Positions 37,057 to 49,099 of a stretch of 64,000 nt of DNA are shown here, piece after piece (position 1 is the first letter of the stretch; every line of letters starts with the position of its first letter). This DNA comes from Raillietiella orientalis (taxonomy: Eukaryota). The stretch is from assembly GCA_036172245.1 (NCBI GenBank), contig JAYWIR010000039.1, forward strand, positions 1,922,001-1,986,000. The letters are read 5' to 3'. The position numbers and the translations under genes were made by a program. The notes beneath the pieces were generated by a model, which worked only from the letters and a program-made list of their open reading frames with translations, was not told where the DNA came from and did not search any database.

Positions 37057-37521
37057 AGAGCTGCGAAACTCTTGAAGAACGTAAGTCCTGCAGCCGTTTG
37101 CTGCTGCATAAAGAGAAATGCCACTCTTTTTTCTTTTGGAGAGCCACCGACCACTTCATGAGCACCATTTGCGATTTCGCTTCCCGACCAATGCCTTGCT
37201 CTTTAAATGCTGCTGTTTGCTATCAAATTCTGGGAGCACGATTCAGAAAATCTACTAAGGCGAGTCGATCAGGCCTTTCCGTTCGCTTCATCCCGCCGCA
37301 CCATCCACGAGGTTTTCTCAGCTCTTCCTAGATCACGCAAGCAGCAGCAACATTGCAGCGGCAAATAATTCATTTTCCACCTTAAAGTGCCTACCTAAAC
37401 CAAACACATGAGCATCCAGAAGCATCATCACGCCCATTGCATGTGCTTCATAGTAATTATCCTTGGAAACCTCTGATGACAACAGCCACATTCCCATGAG
37501 AGCCCATGTAAGGTACAAACT

Positions 37522-37527
37522 TTTATT
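37522..37527 (-). promoter_or_regulatory. Putative polyadenylation signal of CUB gene B
   Basis: AATAAA on the minus strand about 22 nt after the TGA; lost in paralog E. Confidence 0.5.
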
Positions 37528-37549
37528 TCCTATACGAGATACCAGCAGT

Positions 37550-40500
37550 TCACGAAGACTCTTGAGTGTACACGAGGTTGAAACCAGCGTTCATCGCCAT
37601 GGTCATCACAACGTCGTTTGTTTTGATGTGCAGCATAAATGGAAATACGGCAGCTGAAAGTGCAAATCACTACAGAAACCTACACTGAACGTCATCTTAC
37701 TGCACACTTCAGATGCTGCATCCGTCGCAGTTGCAGCATTTAGCCAAGCCCCGCAGAAACGCTCTTGTGTGCACATTGGGCTGGCCATAAGTACATTAGC
37801 CCTAGTATCACCGCAAGGGATGATAAAGGCATCGTTCATACAATTTGCAAATGCACTGTTGCTCAAGGAAGTCGCTGCAGTCGCGTCAATCGAGAAACCA
37901 ACTGTAACTGCGTTGGGCATTGCATTCAGACACAACGCCCTAGCTGTAGGGGTACGCCTCACGCACATCGCGTATTCCAGGTTGGTATTCAAAACCGACA
38001 TAACGCTGTTCATCCAGCCAAAGGAGGTGATCGTACCTGTGGCCTCAAGGAAGTACTGAAGGCATCCAATGGGAGCTGGAAATAAACAAACACTTTGAAT
38101 ACTCTGCACCCTATTCGCGTCGTTTTGGGGATACGAAAGGAAATTCCGTGAAAGAGAAATCGGCATGCATTTCAAAATATAATTTGCCACAAACTCTTCA
38201 TTTCTTTCAAAATGTCTGCTGTTACACAGATAAATTCAGCGTAAAGAAAGCTGCAAAACCAACCCTGGTTTTGGAGTCGACCGACCTCAGCAGAAACCAA
38301 AAGGCGGGAAATGCCTCCTTCAGAACAGAAAACCCCAAACGTCACCCCAAACCCCACCCGATCGCATTCCTAAATCCAAGGCGAGTCCCCGAGAAACTTG
38401 CTGCTCTTTCCATGACAGCATTCTTTTTTCTCCACTACGGCATGCACAAGGTATCTTTGCTCCGCACTTCCCATTCATTTGAACATTCCCTGTCTTGCGG
38501 TGAGGTGGTACGCGAAAAGGGACATTCCCGGTGGCCACTCCAACTACACAACCTCCTTCCGCGCGCGGAACAGGAAGGGAAGCGCTTTCGTTGCTTCGGT
38601 AGCAACTTCGACGAAGCATGCAATGAGACAGCTCCATCCACTTACCCAGATACGCGGATCTGGATTCAATCTGCAACACGCGGATGGACCAGGATCTTGC
38701 TTCCCCAGCCATCGCAGCAGCAACCGTGATGACGAGCGCAACTCCCGTAGTTGCAGCGTCCATCCTCACGTACACTAAAATAGAAAAGGACGGGCTTCAC
38801 TATCGCAGCTGGAAAGGGAGTCCTGGGTCTCCTGACTGTACTTCAGTCAAGCAGTTTCGGCAAGTAACCCGAGCAACTTCACGGATATCTGTCCACGACC
38901 ACTGCACTGCTGGTTCATATCAGCGGACCCCGGCCGGCATGCAACGTAGGCAAAGGCGGCAGTGGCATTCACTTGTCAGAATTCACTTCAGGACTCTAAC
39001 AGATTCACAAAGGCAGGAAGGAGTATCGAGGGTGCAGAAATCCTCCGAAAGTGTTTCCCCAACCTCCATCTCTTCCCCTAATTCACTCCAGATAGCTAGC
39101 CACCTCAGCACGAGATCAGCGCCGCGGATGAACTAACATTTCCCGAGACGTTGGGCTCCGATTTCATCAGGACTGTTCCTTGGAGTTGCCCCTCGCAACG
39201 TAATCAATCCCTGCCCTCTTATGTCAGCAAGAGCAGGCAGCAAATAACAGCACGGCAAGAGAAACGCGTTGCTCGGGAAGCGACATCGCAACGCGCGCGC
39301 GTGAGGTGGACGGCGGATCTCCGAAAGAGTCGCATTGGCCTTTGTGGTGCCGCACACACAAAGCGAACAGACGATCTTCAAGAGTCATACTGCGCCAAAG
39401 ATTGGCGGCGCTGTTTGGAAGGCGTAGTGCATTCAGCGGCATGTTATGATTACGGTCTCCCACGAATAGGGGACGTGCTGCTTATTGCCACTTTCCGGTG
39501 TCGAAAAGAGTTACTTACGGTGATTGTTCGGATTCGGTCCGCAAATCGACGATGGGATGCTCTGAAAAGATCCGCTGCCCATGGGCGTTATCACCAGCGA
39601 ATCCGGGTCGCACTGCCCGGTTGCAGCGACTGCTGATCGAAGAGTCAGTGGCTGTAGTTCGATCCTGAAATTCACAGGTGCTTGAGAAACGATTTCTCCT
39701 CTGAGCCCCTTCTTTGCCACCGTGGAGTAGCCTTCGACAACATAGCAGGAAGCCCACAGAGCGGGTGCGAGAGGGAATTTCGTGAGGAAGAAATGCGATC
39801 AGCCGGGAACCCTTCAGGCAGCTCCTGAGAGTGACTGTTCTTAGAGCACGCAACGTTTCTCCCAGAAAAAAGCCTCCTGCGGTGTCTTCCGCCGCAGTAT
39901 GTGCTTCCCTTTGCACTTGCTTTCCTTTACACGTGTTCTGTTTCCCTATGGTTCCCAAGTACGAGTATTTCTGTGCTGGAGCTCAACTTATCCTTCATTT
40001 TCGCGTTTTGCCGGCTCAAATTTCAGGGACGTTCGTGCGCGATTCTCACAGGAGCAGAACTGCACGAAGACTCCCATTTATGCACTGTCCTTCCACTTGA
40101 GTGGAAAAATTCCTTTCCAGCATGCGTACCTCCACGGAAGCTGTTGCGGCACGCAACAGTATCCTCAAGTAGCACTTCGCCCTACAGCATGAGGCCGGTC
40201 ATGAACCTGCAGAGGAAAAGTCCCTGACATGGCATGTAACTGGACGTGCTTCCCGTGGACACGATTTCCCCAACCGCCTAAACGTTCGTGTTTTCCACTG
40301 TGTCGGCTGACCGTCATCGGTGGACGGCCTTTCGGATCGTGTTGCCGGGAGGGGTCTCAGGCGAAACCGCAATTTGGCTCCTTCACCTCAAAAGTCATGC
40401 CAGGAGTTGAGCAGGTCATCGGCACAGCCGCATTTGGCTGACAGTTGGGAACCATCGAGGGTGAAACGAATATCCAAGGATAAGTTGCTGCTCACATCTA

Positions 40501-41702
40501 CCAAACCTCTCAAGCACTGAACACCATCTTGATTCGATAGTGAGGGGCAACCATTCCAGGATCTGTGCGCTCCCTCCCGCTGTGAGAAGACGAGCAGCTC
40601 GTTCCCAACGAGCGAGACTCGCGTCCTTCTCCATTACGCAGCGGATTCAGGCCTCATAGAGTTGCCTACGAGCTCTTTCAGCTCGGTACTCAACATTTGA
40701 ATGGAACCGAATCCATAAGGTCATCCTTTGCTCAGAGATCCCCCTATGGGTTCGAACAGTTCCCCCTTTCTCACCTGAATTGCTGGATACGCGAGCTCAG
40801 TTTCTGGACCGACGCTTGGCATGTCCCTCCGGTCGTCAGGATGTCCGTCGTGTTCTCGAAGTAGGTATTGTTTACTCTTGCACTTCGCCCGCATCCAAGT
40901 ATCACTTTGGAAGTTTGACCATTTTCCATATGTGATCATTTCGTGGCTTACCTATGCAGCATACGCCGATTCCCAGGGCACATTGCCCATTCCTCATACC
41001 GCCGGCATTCCTGCACTCTCCTGCAGTAAGGCACGTCCCGTTGCGCGAGTTCGCGAAGCAAGGCGAGTTTTGTATCCGCACTACATTCATCAGTGATCCT
41101 GAAGAGAATGACGAAATGATGAGTACTCTCTCGTGATGCCGAAAGTCCATTTGCGTTTGCCACGAAAATCGTGCCCGTCGAAGAAATTGTCATTTGGTGG
41201 CATCGCTTCACACTGTCTGCGAATTTGCAATTGCACGCATTCAGTTGGTGTGCTTTCAGGGATGCTTTCAACAGGAATGGTTTCGATCGCCGAATGAGTT
41301 GGTCATACGTTTCCCGCATGCAGAGGGAAGGATCGGGGAGAAACAAGTGGAAAGCAAGGTACACTCGGGAAGAAGGACATCTCAGAGGTGTTCGGCTCCT
41401 ATGTCTTTCGTTCTTTTTTTTTCTTTTCTTGGTTTGTGTGCCACTGCAGCTCTCCCAAGTCGGTTCGTGTGGTGTCGCGGTTGTGAATGTGTGTGTGGAT
41501 GTGTGGGTGAGAGGTGTGTGTGAGTAGGTGTATGTATGGATGGATGCGTGTGATTGTGCGTTCGGAATAGCGTCAAGAGAAATCGCGCAGAGGTCTTCGG
41601 GAGCACTCCTTACTTACGAGATTGGTGTCTTGAGGTTGTGTTTGCTGCTTCTCCCTGCATGGCCTGAAACATGAGGAAGATTCCGACAATCCACGCACAC
41701 AT
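37550..41702 (-). CDS. Secreted two-CUB-domain protein of the arthropod Cys-rich-N-terminus type, copy B (7 exons, about 371 aa; exon 3 probably frameshifted, so possibly a pseudogene)
   Basis: Exons 41618-41702 (signal peptide MCAWIVGIFLMFQAMQG), 40952-41098, 39721-39834, 39519-39680, 38646-38774 (LYVRMD...RSWSIRVLQI), 37701-38075 (APIGCLQYF...TGTITSF...YAMCVR...ERFCG) and 37550-37653 (PFMLHIKTN...GFNLVYTQ). Total 1116 nt in frame only with a weak GTGGCA donor. Confidence 0.7.
39397..41462 (-). repeat. 2.07-kb inverted repeat, right arm
   Basis: Reverse complement of 34991-37056. Confidence 0.97.
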
Positions 41703-44201
41703 CTCGACAATCCTGCAGGCACTTTGGAAATGACCTCCAGTTGTCAGCTTCTTGGATGAAATTCCCTCCGATTGCGGCAATGTTTAGAAGAAAAGCTCTC
41801 TGCAAGCTAATTTTTTTGAGAAAAAAAGGATGTTCCTGAATGATGAAAATAAAAAACAGTAAGGTCAAGTTTTCTTTTTTTTGAGTGTTTGTTTGAGCGT
41901 TTTTATATCTGTTTGAAATGTCCGTTATTTGGTAACTGTCGTTTGTGGTTTTCTGTTTTGGAATCTGCAGAAATGCCAGTGGATTCAATTCGAATCATTT
42001 GGGTCTTTCGATTTTATTACATTAGATAATCCCTTTTTGCTGGATTTGTGGCCAGTTCTGAATCTGCCTCTATAGGTCTGTTTCATAAGTAACGAAGACA
42101 GTCCACAGATTCTTATAAGGCCAAACAAGAGTGGTGTTCTTTTCTGCCCCCCTCAAAGGCCGCTCTCAAACCAAACTACACGGTTCCCGTGAGTTTCGCA
42201 GGCAAATTGTCAACTGCGCCTGCAGGCACGCGGGCGACGAGATGTTAGGGAAGGATGGTGTCCAACGCAGTGCAGCGTTGCTTCTCCTTGTGATTCACAT
42301 CCTGAACGTCCAGCTGACACTCAGTACTCCACGTAGGGTAAGAGAAAAAGGCACAGGAGAATAGCCTCACATGCCATGTGGCTGCATGCCTTATCGCGTT
42401 CGAACCAAAGGTGTTTTCAGTCAGTACCTCGAAAAGCTTCCGTGGTCTTTTGATTTTTGTTTTTCCTTGGATGCGTGCTGTTGCTGAGTTCCCGTTCTAT
42501 ACGTCTGTCGTCAATGACTGTAAATGAGATACCATCTGCAACACGCATTTGATACCCACAGCCGGCCGTTTGTGTTCTGCTGCCACCAGAATCTTTTGAT
42601 ATTGGAATTGACCGTGTCACTGTACCGCTCTCTGATTGATGCGCCCATCTTACTTAGGAAATCTTAATGTGTCCGAGGTAGTTGACGTCACTTTCTTTAT
42701 TCGTGGACTCTCAGCAAAGTTCACCAAAATCACGGCCCATTCATGCATCAACGGAACACAGTGAATTATCAGGCAACACCACCTATTAATTAGCTTATGT
42801 CAAAGAAATTGACATTTCTTTTTTATATAGCTGCATTTCTGGGGACATATCTTACACACACGTGTGTTTTGTTCCGGGAAAAGGGTGCGCAGTATGTGCG
42901 GCTTCTACGACCTTTTCGTACCCGTAGTCCGCTGTCCTTGCGTGCTTTCCTCAGCGTGAAATGCCAAAAGCAAATAAGCTGAAAAGACTCTCTGCCTTTT
43001 ACGAAATTCTTGCACTGACTTGGCTGATTCGAAACGGAAGCTTCGGCCCTTCTTTGCATTTCTACGGCACACTGAGCTCCGGATCCTTGCACTTCTGGCC
43101 CCAACTTCAAAGGGCATGCGGTCGCAGAAGAATCAAAACTCTGTCATGAGATGAAACTCTTTCTAGACGAGGAAGCAGAGGAGAACAGTCGCTCTTGAAG
43201 TCCGATTTCCTGATGCGGAAATGGGTGCATTGCAAAGGGCAAACTTTCGGCTCCCTATACCCAATCTCTTCTCCGTTGATACGGCGATACGTGACATTCG
43301 TCACCTCAAGCCCTTTTCGTAAAGTGTGCTTCCTTGATAGTCACCAATTGACCTCAGCGAAAAGTTTCATTAGCCGTCCGTAAAGTACGTCGACTGTTGA
43401 TCTGCTAATTAGCGGTGCAAGATGCTTTGTTCCTTGGTTTCATAGAGTTCATGAGTAAGTAGAAAAGGAAAAGCTATCGGGTGCAATCACGGCTGTTTAT
43501 TTGGTACGATGCTGATCGTGGATGAGTCTTTGATGTGGCGATAAGCATTTGCTTCCCTGTGGCAAAATTGCTATTTTGGAAGGACAATTAAGAATGTTCA
43601 ATGTATAACATCAACCCCCTCTGAAACTTTGAAGATGGGGAGAGGATGGTCAGTTTATGATTTGTTAAGGCGGACATGAATGGAGCACCATCAGCTTTGC
43701 TGAGCGATGCTGTCTCCTGGCTCTGCCGGTTTCGATGTGTGGCGTCTTCCTGGAAAGGAGTCTTGGAAAGCGGCTTCTTTGTGTTTTACAGAGGAAGGGC
43801 ATATGGGGTTCCTTCCAAGGATAGCAAAGATGAGCATGGTATGAGAAATATGTATTTTTCAGTCCCAATTTGCTTATGCACTCCAAAGAGGCTTGGTAAA
43901 AATTCTCGGAAATGCATCGATCTATTGTGAAAGTAAGAAAAAAATGAGAGAGCTGTATTGGGTTCGAGCTTTTGCGTGTCACCGCGAAATGGTTCATTTG
44001 ACAAGGGACCCGGTTTCGAGTTGTAATGTTGGGAAAGAGTGAAGGGGTAGGATGGGGAGAAGGTGAGGTGAATCGTGACCATTTTGTTTTGGAATCAATG
44101 GTAGTCTCTGCGAATGGTGGTGGTATTTGCAATATTTGAATGATGATTGTATGATAAAGGGTGATTGTGAAGAAGTCGAGAATCGGGAGTCAGAATATAT
44201 G
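39798..44201 (-). repeat. >=4.4-kb inverted repeat, left arm (partner 59597-64000, runs off the window)
   Basis: Maps as x to about 103798-x; mirrored ORFs with roughly a dozen SNPs and 1-nt indels seen. Confidence 0.97.
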
Positions 44202-44209
44202 TGCACGGA

Positions 44210-45300
44210 ATGTGGGCTACGTAGCAACGAACCTACGCTTTCTGGGAAAGCAGCTGCACTTATCCTTTGAGTCTCTCGAAGAAGGTCGCCGTCTGACTCT
44301 TCGAAATAGACGAGTCCGCATGTAACGGGAAAACGCGAAGCTCAAGACTTTGCCTATCTGTTGGGAACGCGGTCAGTGGACGCACCCCAAACACTGTTCA
44401 GAGGTTCCTTGCTGGTATGGACGAAGCAGGTCAAGGCAGCGGGGGACGGCGCTCTGGAGGGAGGAGTCAACGAAGAAGAGTACTCTTGCCGTTGAAGCAG
44501 CCTGTGCGTGCCAACGGAGCGACTACGGATGTGCCGCTGATTCCCGGTTGGTTCGAGCAAGATTGCGAACGGAAGCCGTCATCAGGGAACGGATCAGGGA
44601 TACGTAGCAACGAACCGAGGTGAGGATGCAACAAGCCACTCACGCCCATCAGGGAATTTTGCATTTTCCAGGTGCGCTGCCGACCTTTCCAAGGAAGGAC
44701 ATGCCCGCTTCGTTTCGCGTTCTCTTTCGTGCCTGCTCCTTCGCTGATTGAGCTGGAGACTTGAAGCTTCAGAAGGAAAGGTTGTCCACTCTTTTGTTTG
44801 AGCGCGGCCGTCCTGGAGAATCCCACAAACAGGCGAGTTGACAAACCTCGAGATATACCCAAACCACGCAGTGAGAGTGAGCAAATCCCCTTCTTCGCAA
44901 ATGGGATCTTTTGGTGGCTCCTCCCTACCTGGAGTAGGCAGCCTTCTCGTGGCAACGTTGTTCTCAAGTGCTTCCAAATCTTCTGGTGCAACCGTCGCGT
45001 CAACAAAATGGGAATAGACAGTGAGAAACTGTGGTTCCGGAGAATGCAGTCTCGTCCGTGCCATCGAGTTTCAAAGAGTAGGGACAACCTCCACTTGTGG
45101 CCATCTTTGGACTGTCCTCTCGCGTTCAAACAGCTACTCTGAGGAAGGAAAGCGAACATGGAATTCGAAAATTGCCAGAAATTTGACGGCTGCCAAGGCT
45201 CGAGTGGGACGCGCATAACACTGCAGGCAGCTTAGGCATGTAGGAAACGCGAAAGGACGAGTCGGGTTCTCTCCGGACTGAAGGAAAAAAACATGGGGAC
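44210..45300 (+). mobile_element. Decayed Tx1/L1 ORF2 3' fragment (a homologous 3' piece also lies at about 31340-31670)
   Basis: NLRFLGKQL (YLG-like), KLKTLPICWER, EKLWFRRMQSRPC...NLHLW...CP (zinc-knuckle region). Confidence 0.5.
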
Positions 45301-45310
45301 ATGGGATCGG

Positions 45311-48300
45311 GCGGACAAGAAAGAGATTCTTCGTGCTGACCGAGGCGCGAGCCAAATCCAAATTCCTCTGCACGAATCGCGATAAGAGGGGGGCGTTGAT
45401 TCGAGTGGTGGAGTGCTTCCACGTAATCAGACTTGCTGACACGCATAGGCTGGTCATCAGGAAGTCCACCCGGCGAAATCGGCTCTGTGAACCACTGAAC
45501 GTTGACGAGTATACACAGTTCTGCAATGCATTGATGTGTCGGTGCCAAAGGTCCTGGATCAACAACGTGAAAACATTTTCGCTGCTGAAAAGAAAAAAAA
45601 TATATTTCTCTTGGAGAAGGCTGGGATTTTTCGTTTTTCACAAGCATGAACGAAATGCGAGGACGGTTGCTGCAACTTAGTGTGGTCGTTTTCCGATAGG
45701 CGGGTGGAGGCTGCTCCGGAAGACAAAAAATTACCAACGTCGTCATCCATTTACGAGTGGGCGACCTAGTAGTTTGCCCCATCGGCGGTGAGGTTACCGC
45801 GTATGCATGCTGTCCCACAGCGGCAACGAATTGCGACCATCGCAAACGCCTAACACGGAGGAATGGGATAACAAAACCAGGGTGTCGGAGTGACCAGGAG
45901 CTCTGCTGACCTGCGTTAATTCTCGCAAGGCGTGGAGGTCTCCTCTTCGTTAGAAAATCGGCACACTTTCATGACGTCGAAATTGAACCGATAAGGAACG
46001 ACAAGGATCTCAGTGGACTGCAGCGGGGGACACAAGGCAAAAGAGAAAGACAAAAAAGACAGGAATGCAAAAGGATTGAGCTTCGAATTCGAGCCACAAT
46101 AGGTGCGTTGAAAGATCGTTTGTCAAAGGCAGAACAAGAGCAACATCGCGTGATGTCTGGGTGCATTGGAATCTTCCATTTGCTTCAACGTGTGATGGGC
46201 TGACAATTTCAAGGTTTACATGCTATTTCTTCACCATCAGAATCGGCACAGCAAGAAAACTGAGTGTTCGGTGTTCATCATCGCGAAGGTGGAAAATTGC
46301 AAATGTGATTCGGACCGCTCAAAGGGATGAAGGGAGCGAATTTGAAAGCTGCGAAAAAAGGAGAAGCGGTTGCCTGTGAAAGTATCCAAAAGGAAAAGAA
46401 GAAGAGAAAGAGGAAGTGCAGAAACACATGTGGAATGCGTCAGCACGACGTTTTCACAGCTTCTGATGCTGCACGCGTATACGGCCATCGAAATGCCTAT
46501 CGATGCGAAATCAAAAATCGTACGCCGAAATCGAAAGCTCCCCTCGAATGCACGGGAATCCCTGCAAGGGGGGTCGTTGAAGCAGCTTTCCTGGCGATTC
46601 GGTTACAGCACTGAGAACACCTCGAATGCCGTTCACAAATGAGCACCCATCGAGTCTTTCAGTTGTTATGTCGCTCCTTAACGCCGCCCTCCATGGACTG
46701 CCTCGGACGTCCTTCTCGAGAATGCTTTGAAGTGCACGTCTCCCATGGCAAGTGGAGTGCAGTGGAAGTTGGTTACGTCGAAGGTGAAGTTGCCTTGAGG
46801 GAAAGCAGTGCCGTAGCTGGGATGGTGCAGTTCGTATCTCTACATATGAGAAAGGATTTGGGATTCACGAATGACAAGACGAGCGCCGATTGCAGACGGT
46901 ACGGCCGTTGAACATCTGAGAATCGCCGCAGTGCCTCAGACATGGTAACTCGAAAGAAGAGCGGACATTACTGAAGAGTCGCTTGAGAGCAGAGTTGATG
47001 GCGGTAGCAATTGCTATGCGAAAGGGGGAACATTTCGGGTGACGGTTTTGTTTGGTGCCAACAGATATAGACGAACCAATACTTTTTCCAGGGACGCGTG
47101 TGTGTGTCACCCTATATAGCACTTCTCATTCGAATTGGCTGTCGAAAACAAAGAAAAAGTGAGGTCGATCGTATGATGCCGTCGAAGAACAGTCTGGAGA
47201 TCCTTAGAAATCTCAAAAAAAGGTTTCCGCACTCAAGAATGGTGGGAACCATTTCTAGCAGTCCACCTTAACGAGTCGTTCCGAAGGATCAGTGAGATGT
47301 GAATCGAATGAAATGCCTATTTGTAACACATGGTCTGCATCTAGAAAACTAATGGGTTCTTCCACGTGCTGACTCATGGTACGGGCATGAAGAAACTGCA
47401 ACATATGCTTGGCTTTTTCGAGGAATGGCAGTGGGGTTATACGAAACGGAAAAGGAGGAGGACGTTCTACAGCCCCTTCCTCCAAGAACGAAGAAAGGAA
47501 GAGGGACTCCTAGGCAGGCTGCAGCTTTCTTCGTTTGGTATGAGGACGGAGCTACGCATTGCGCGACACCTCAACTCTGCGGGTCAGATATTCGTGCAAT
47601 GACCCCTGTAAAATGCAGTAAATCGATGTGCAAACATGATCCTGGCAGAAGACTCAAGTTCAGCTACCGGGTCGTCATTTCGTTAGCTACAAATGATGAC
47701 ATCTCAAGTAATCCAGTCCGTTCTCATCCCTTTCTGTGGTTATACAAGAAATGGAGCAAGTCAGAACGGAATACCAGACCCGTGCAATTTCCAAACGCCA
47801 ATGTCTTAGGTTTCAGGTTTGCCACTCACATCGCCCTCTGACCTCTTTCGGTCGTTTCCCCTCGCTTCCCGCTTTTTAATTGACTTTTGGTGTTCACGGA
47901 AGTTCAAGGGATTGTACAAAGCTATCGAACCTTCGGCGGGGGGGCGTAACGAAAACGTGGCGGCCTCCCGTCCTACTAAATGCGAGTTTCTACTCTTCCC
48001 CGGTGAAAGTGTCCCCGCGAGCAAAGATTCAGCTGTTGGACTATCTCCCATGCCAGGTGCATCGACCGCAATTCTCACCCGACCTCGCGAAGAACTCTGA
48101 CCAATGGCATCCATGCTTCCTCCTAGTTGACATCCAGAGACACTGGAAGATCGCTGCTAAACAAAGGCTTCTTCTCATATTGCAAAAACGAAGACAAAGT
48201 ATTCTAAACATGCACTTGACCTCATCCTATTCCGTTCCTGAAGCCAAAAAAGATTCCTTTTTTTTAAACAAAATTCTCTATTTGAAGAGAGCATTCCTCG

Positions 48301-48587
48301 CCACGGGAGCACCACTATGAGAGGTTGTCGTCACAGCTGCTCAGAATACGACAAGAATCCAAAGGATCCGCATATCTCTCGAGATGTCTCCCTGGATGGC
48401 AGGAATCTTCTTCTTGTTGGTCTTGCCGGGCGAAGCAGCAAACACTATCTCAAGACACCAATCTCGTTAGTAACGAATCTGCCCGCAGACCGCTGCGTGT
48501 TTTCGCTTGAAGCCATGTGAAACGCACACGCATCCATGCACACATCTACCTACCTGCCCTCCCAACCACGCGGTCACAGTCACCCAA
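45311..48587 (+). repeat. 3.3-kb direct segmental duplication, copy 2
   Basis: Near-identical to 31669-34945. Confidence 0.97.
48384..48465 (+). pseudogene. CUB-domain gene copy D: orphan exon 1 (A-type signal peptide), truncated in intron 1 at about 48742
   Basis: Matches 34742-34823; homology to intron 1 stops after gtgtaccttgct. Confidence 0.8.
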
Positions 48588-49099
48588 ACTCACACATCAA
48601 CACACACATTCGCAACTGCCACCCCAAACGAATCGACTTGCGAGAGCTGCAGTGGCACACAAACCAAGAAAAGAAAAAAAAGAACGAAAGATATAGGAGC
48701 CGAGCACCTCTGCAATCTCCTTCTTCCCGCGTGTACCTTGCTCACCGGCTTGCCACGCCGATACCACAGCCGCCTTCCGGAGATTCGCTTGATCTCCTGC
48801 GCTTGTTCTGCAGAGATAACTTCCGAGGCGGGTGAGGTAGCCATGGGGATTTGGGCCTGCTCATGCACCTGGGGCACCTGTTGGTCCTCCGCTCCCTCCA
48901 TCCGCTCCGTATCCGAGTGTTTGAGTCTTTCGGGCGAAGTGTCCCGGGATTCTCCTACACTCTTGGCACCCTCGCTTCCGGAAGCCATCTCTTCCCCTTC
49001 GGTGGTGGGAAGGGTCTTCTGCGGTTTGGTGTACTTTGGTCTATCCTTGCTGCTGGGTGCCACGGAGATGAAAGCTGGGTTTGCATTCGAAAATTTCTT

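Noticed and set aside
37057..39396. Site-specific recombinase or short recombination sites for the invertible segment
   Set aside because: None visible; any inversion would have to use general homologous recombination.
48590..49063. 157-aa minus-strand ORF as a gene
   Set aside because: It is low-complexity and runs across the 48742 breakpoint into CUB intron 1; more likely a retroelement ORF1 scrap.
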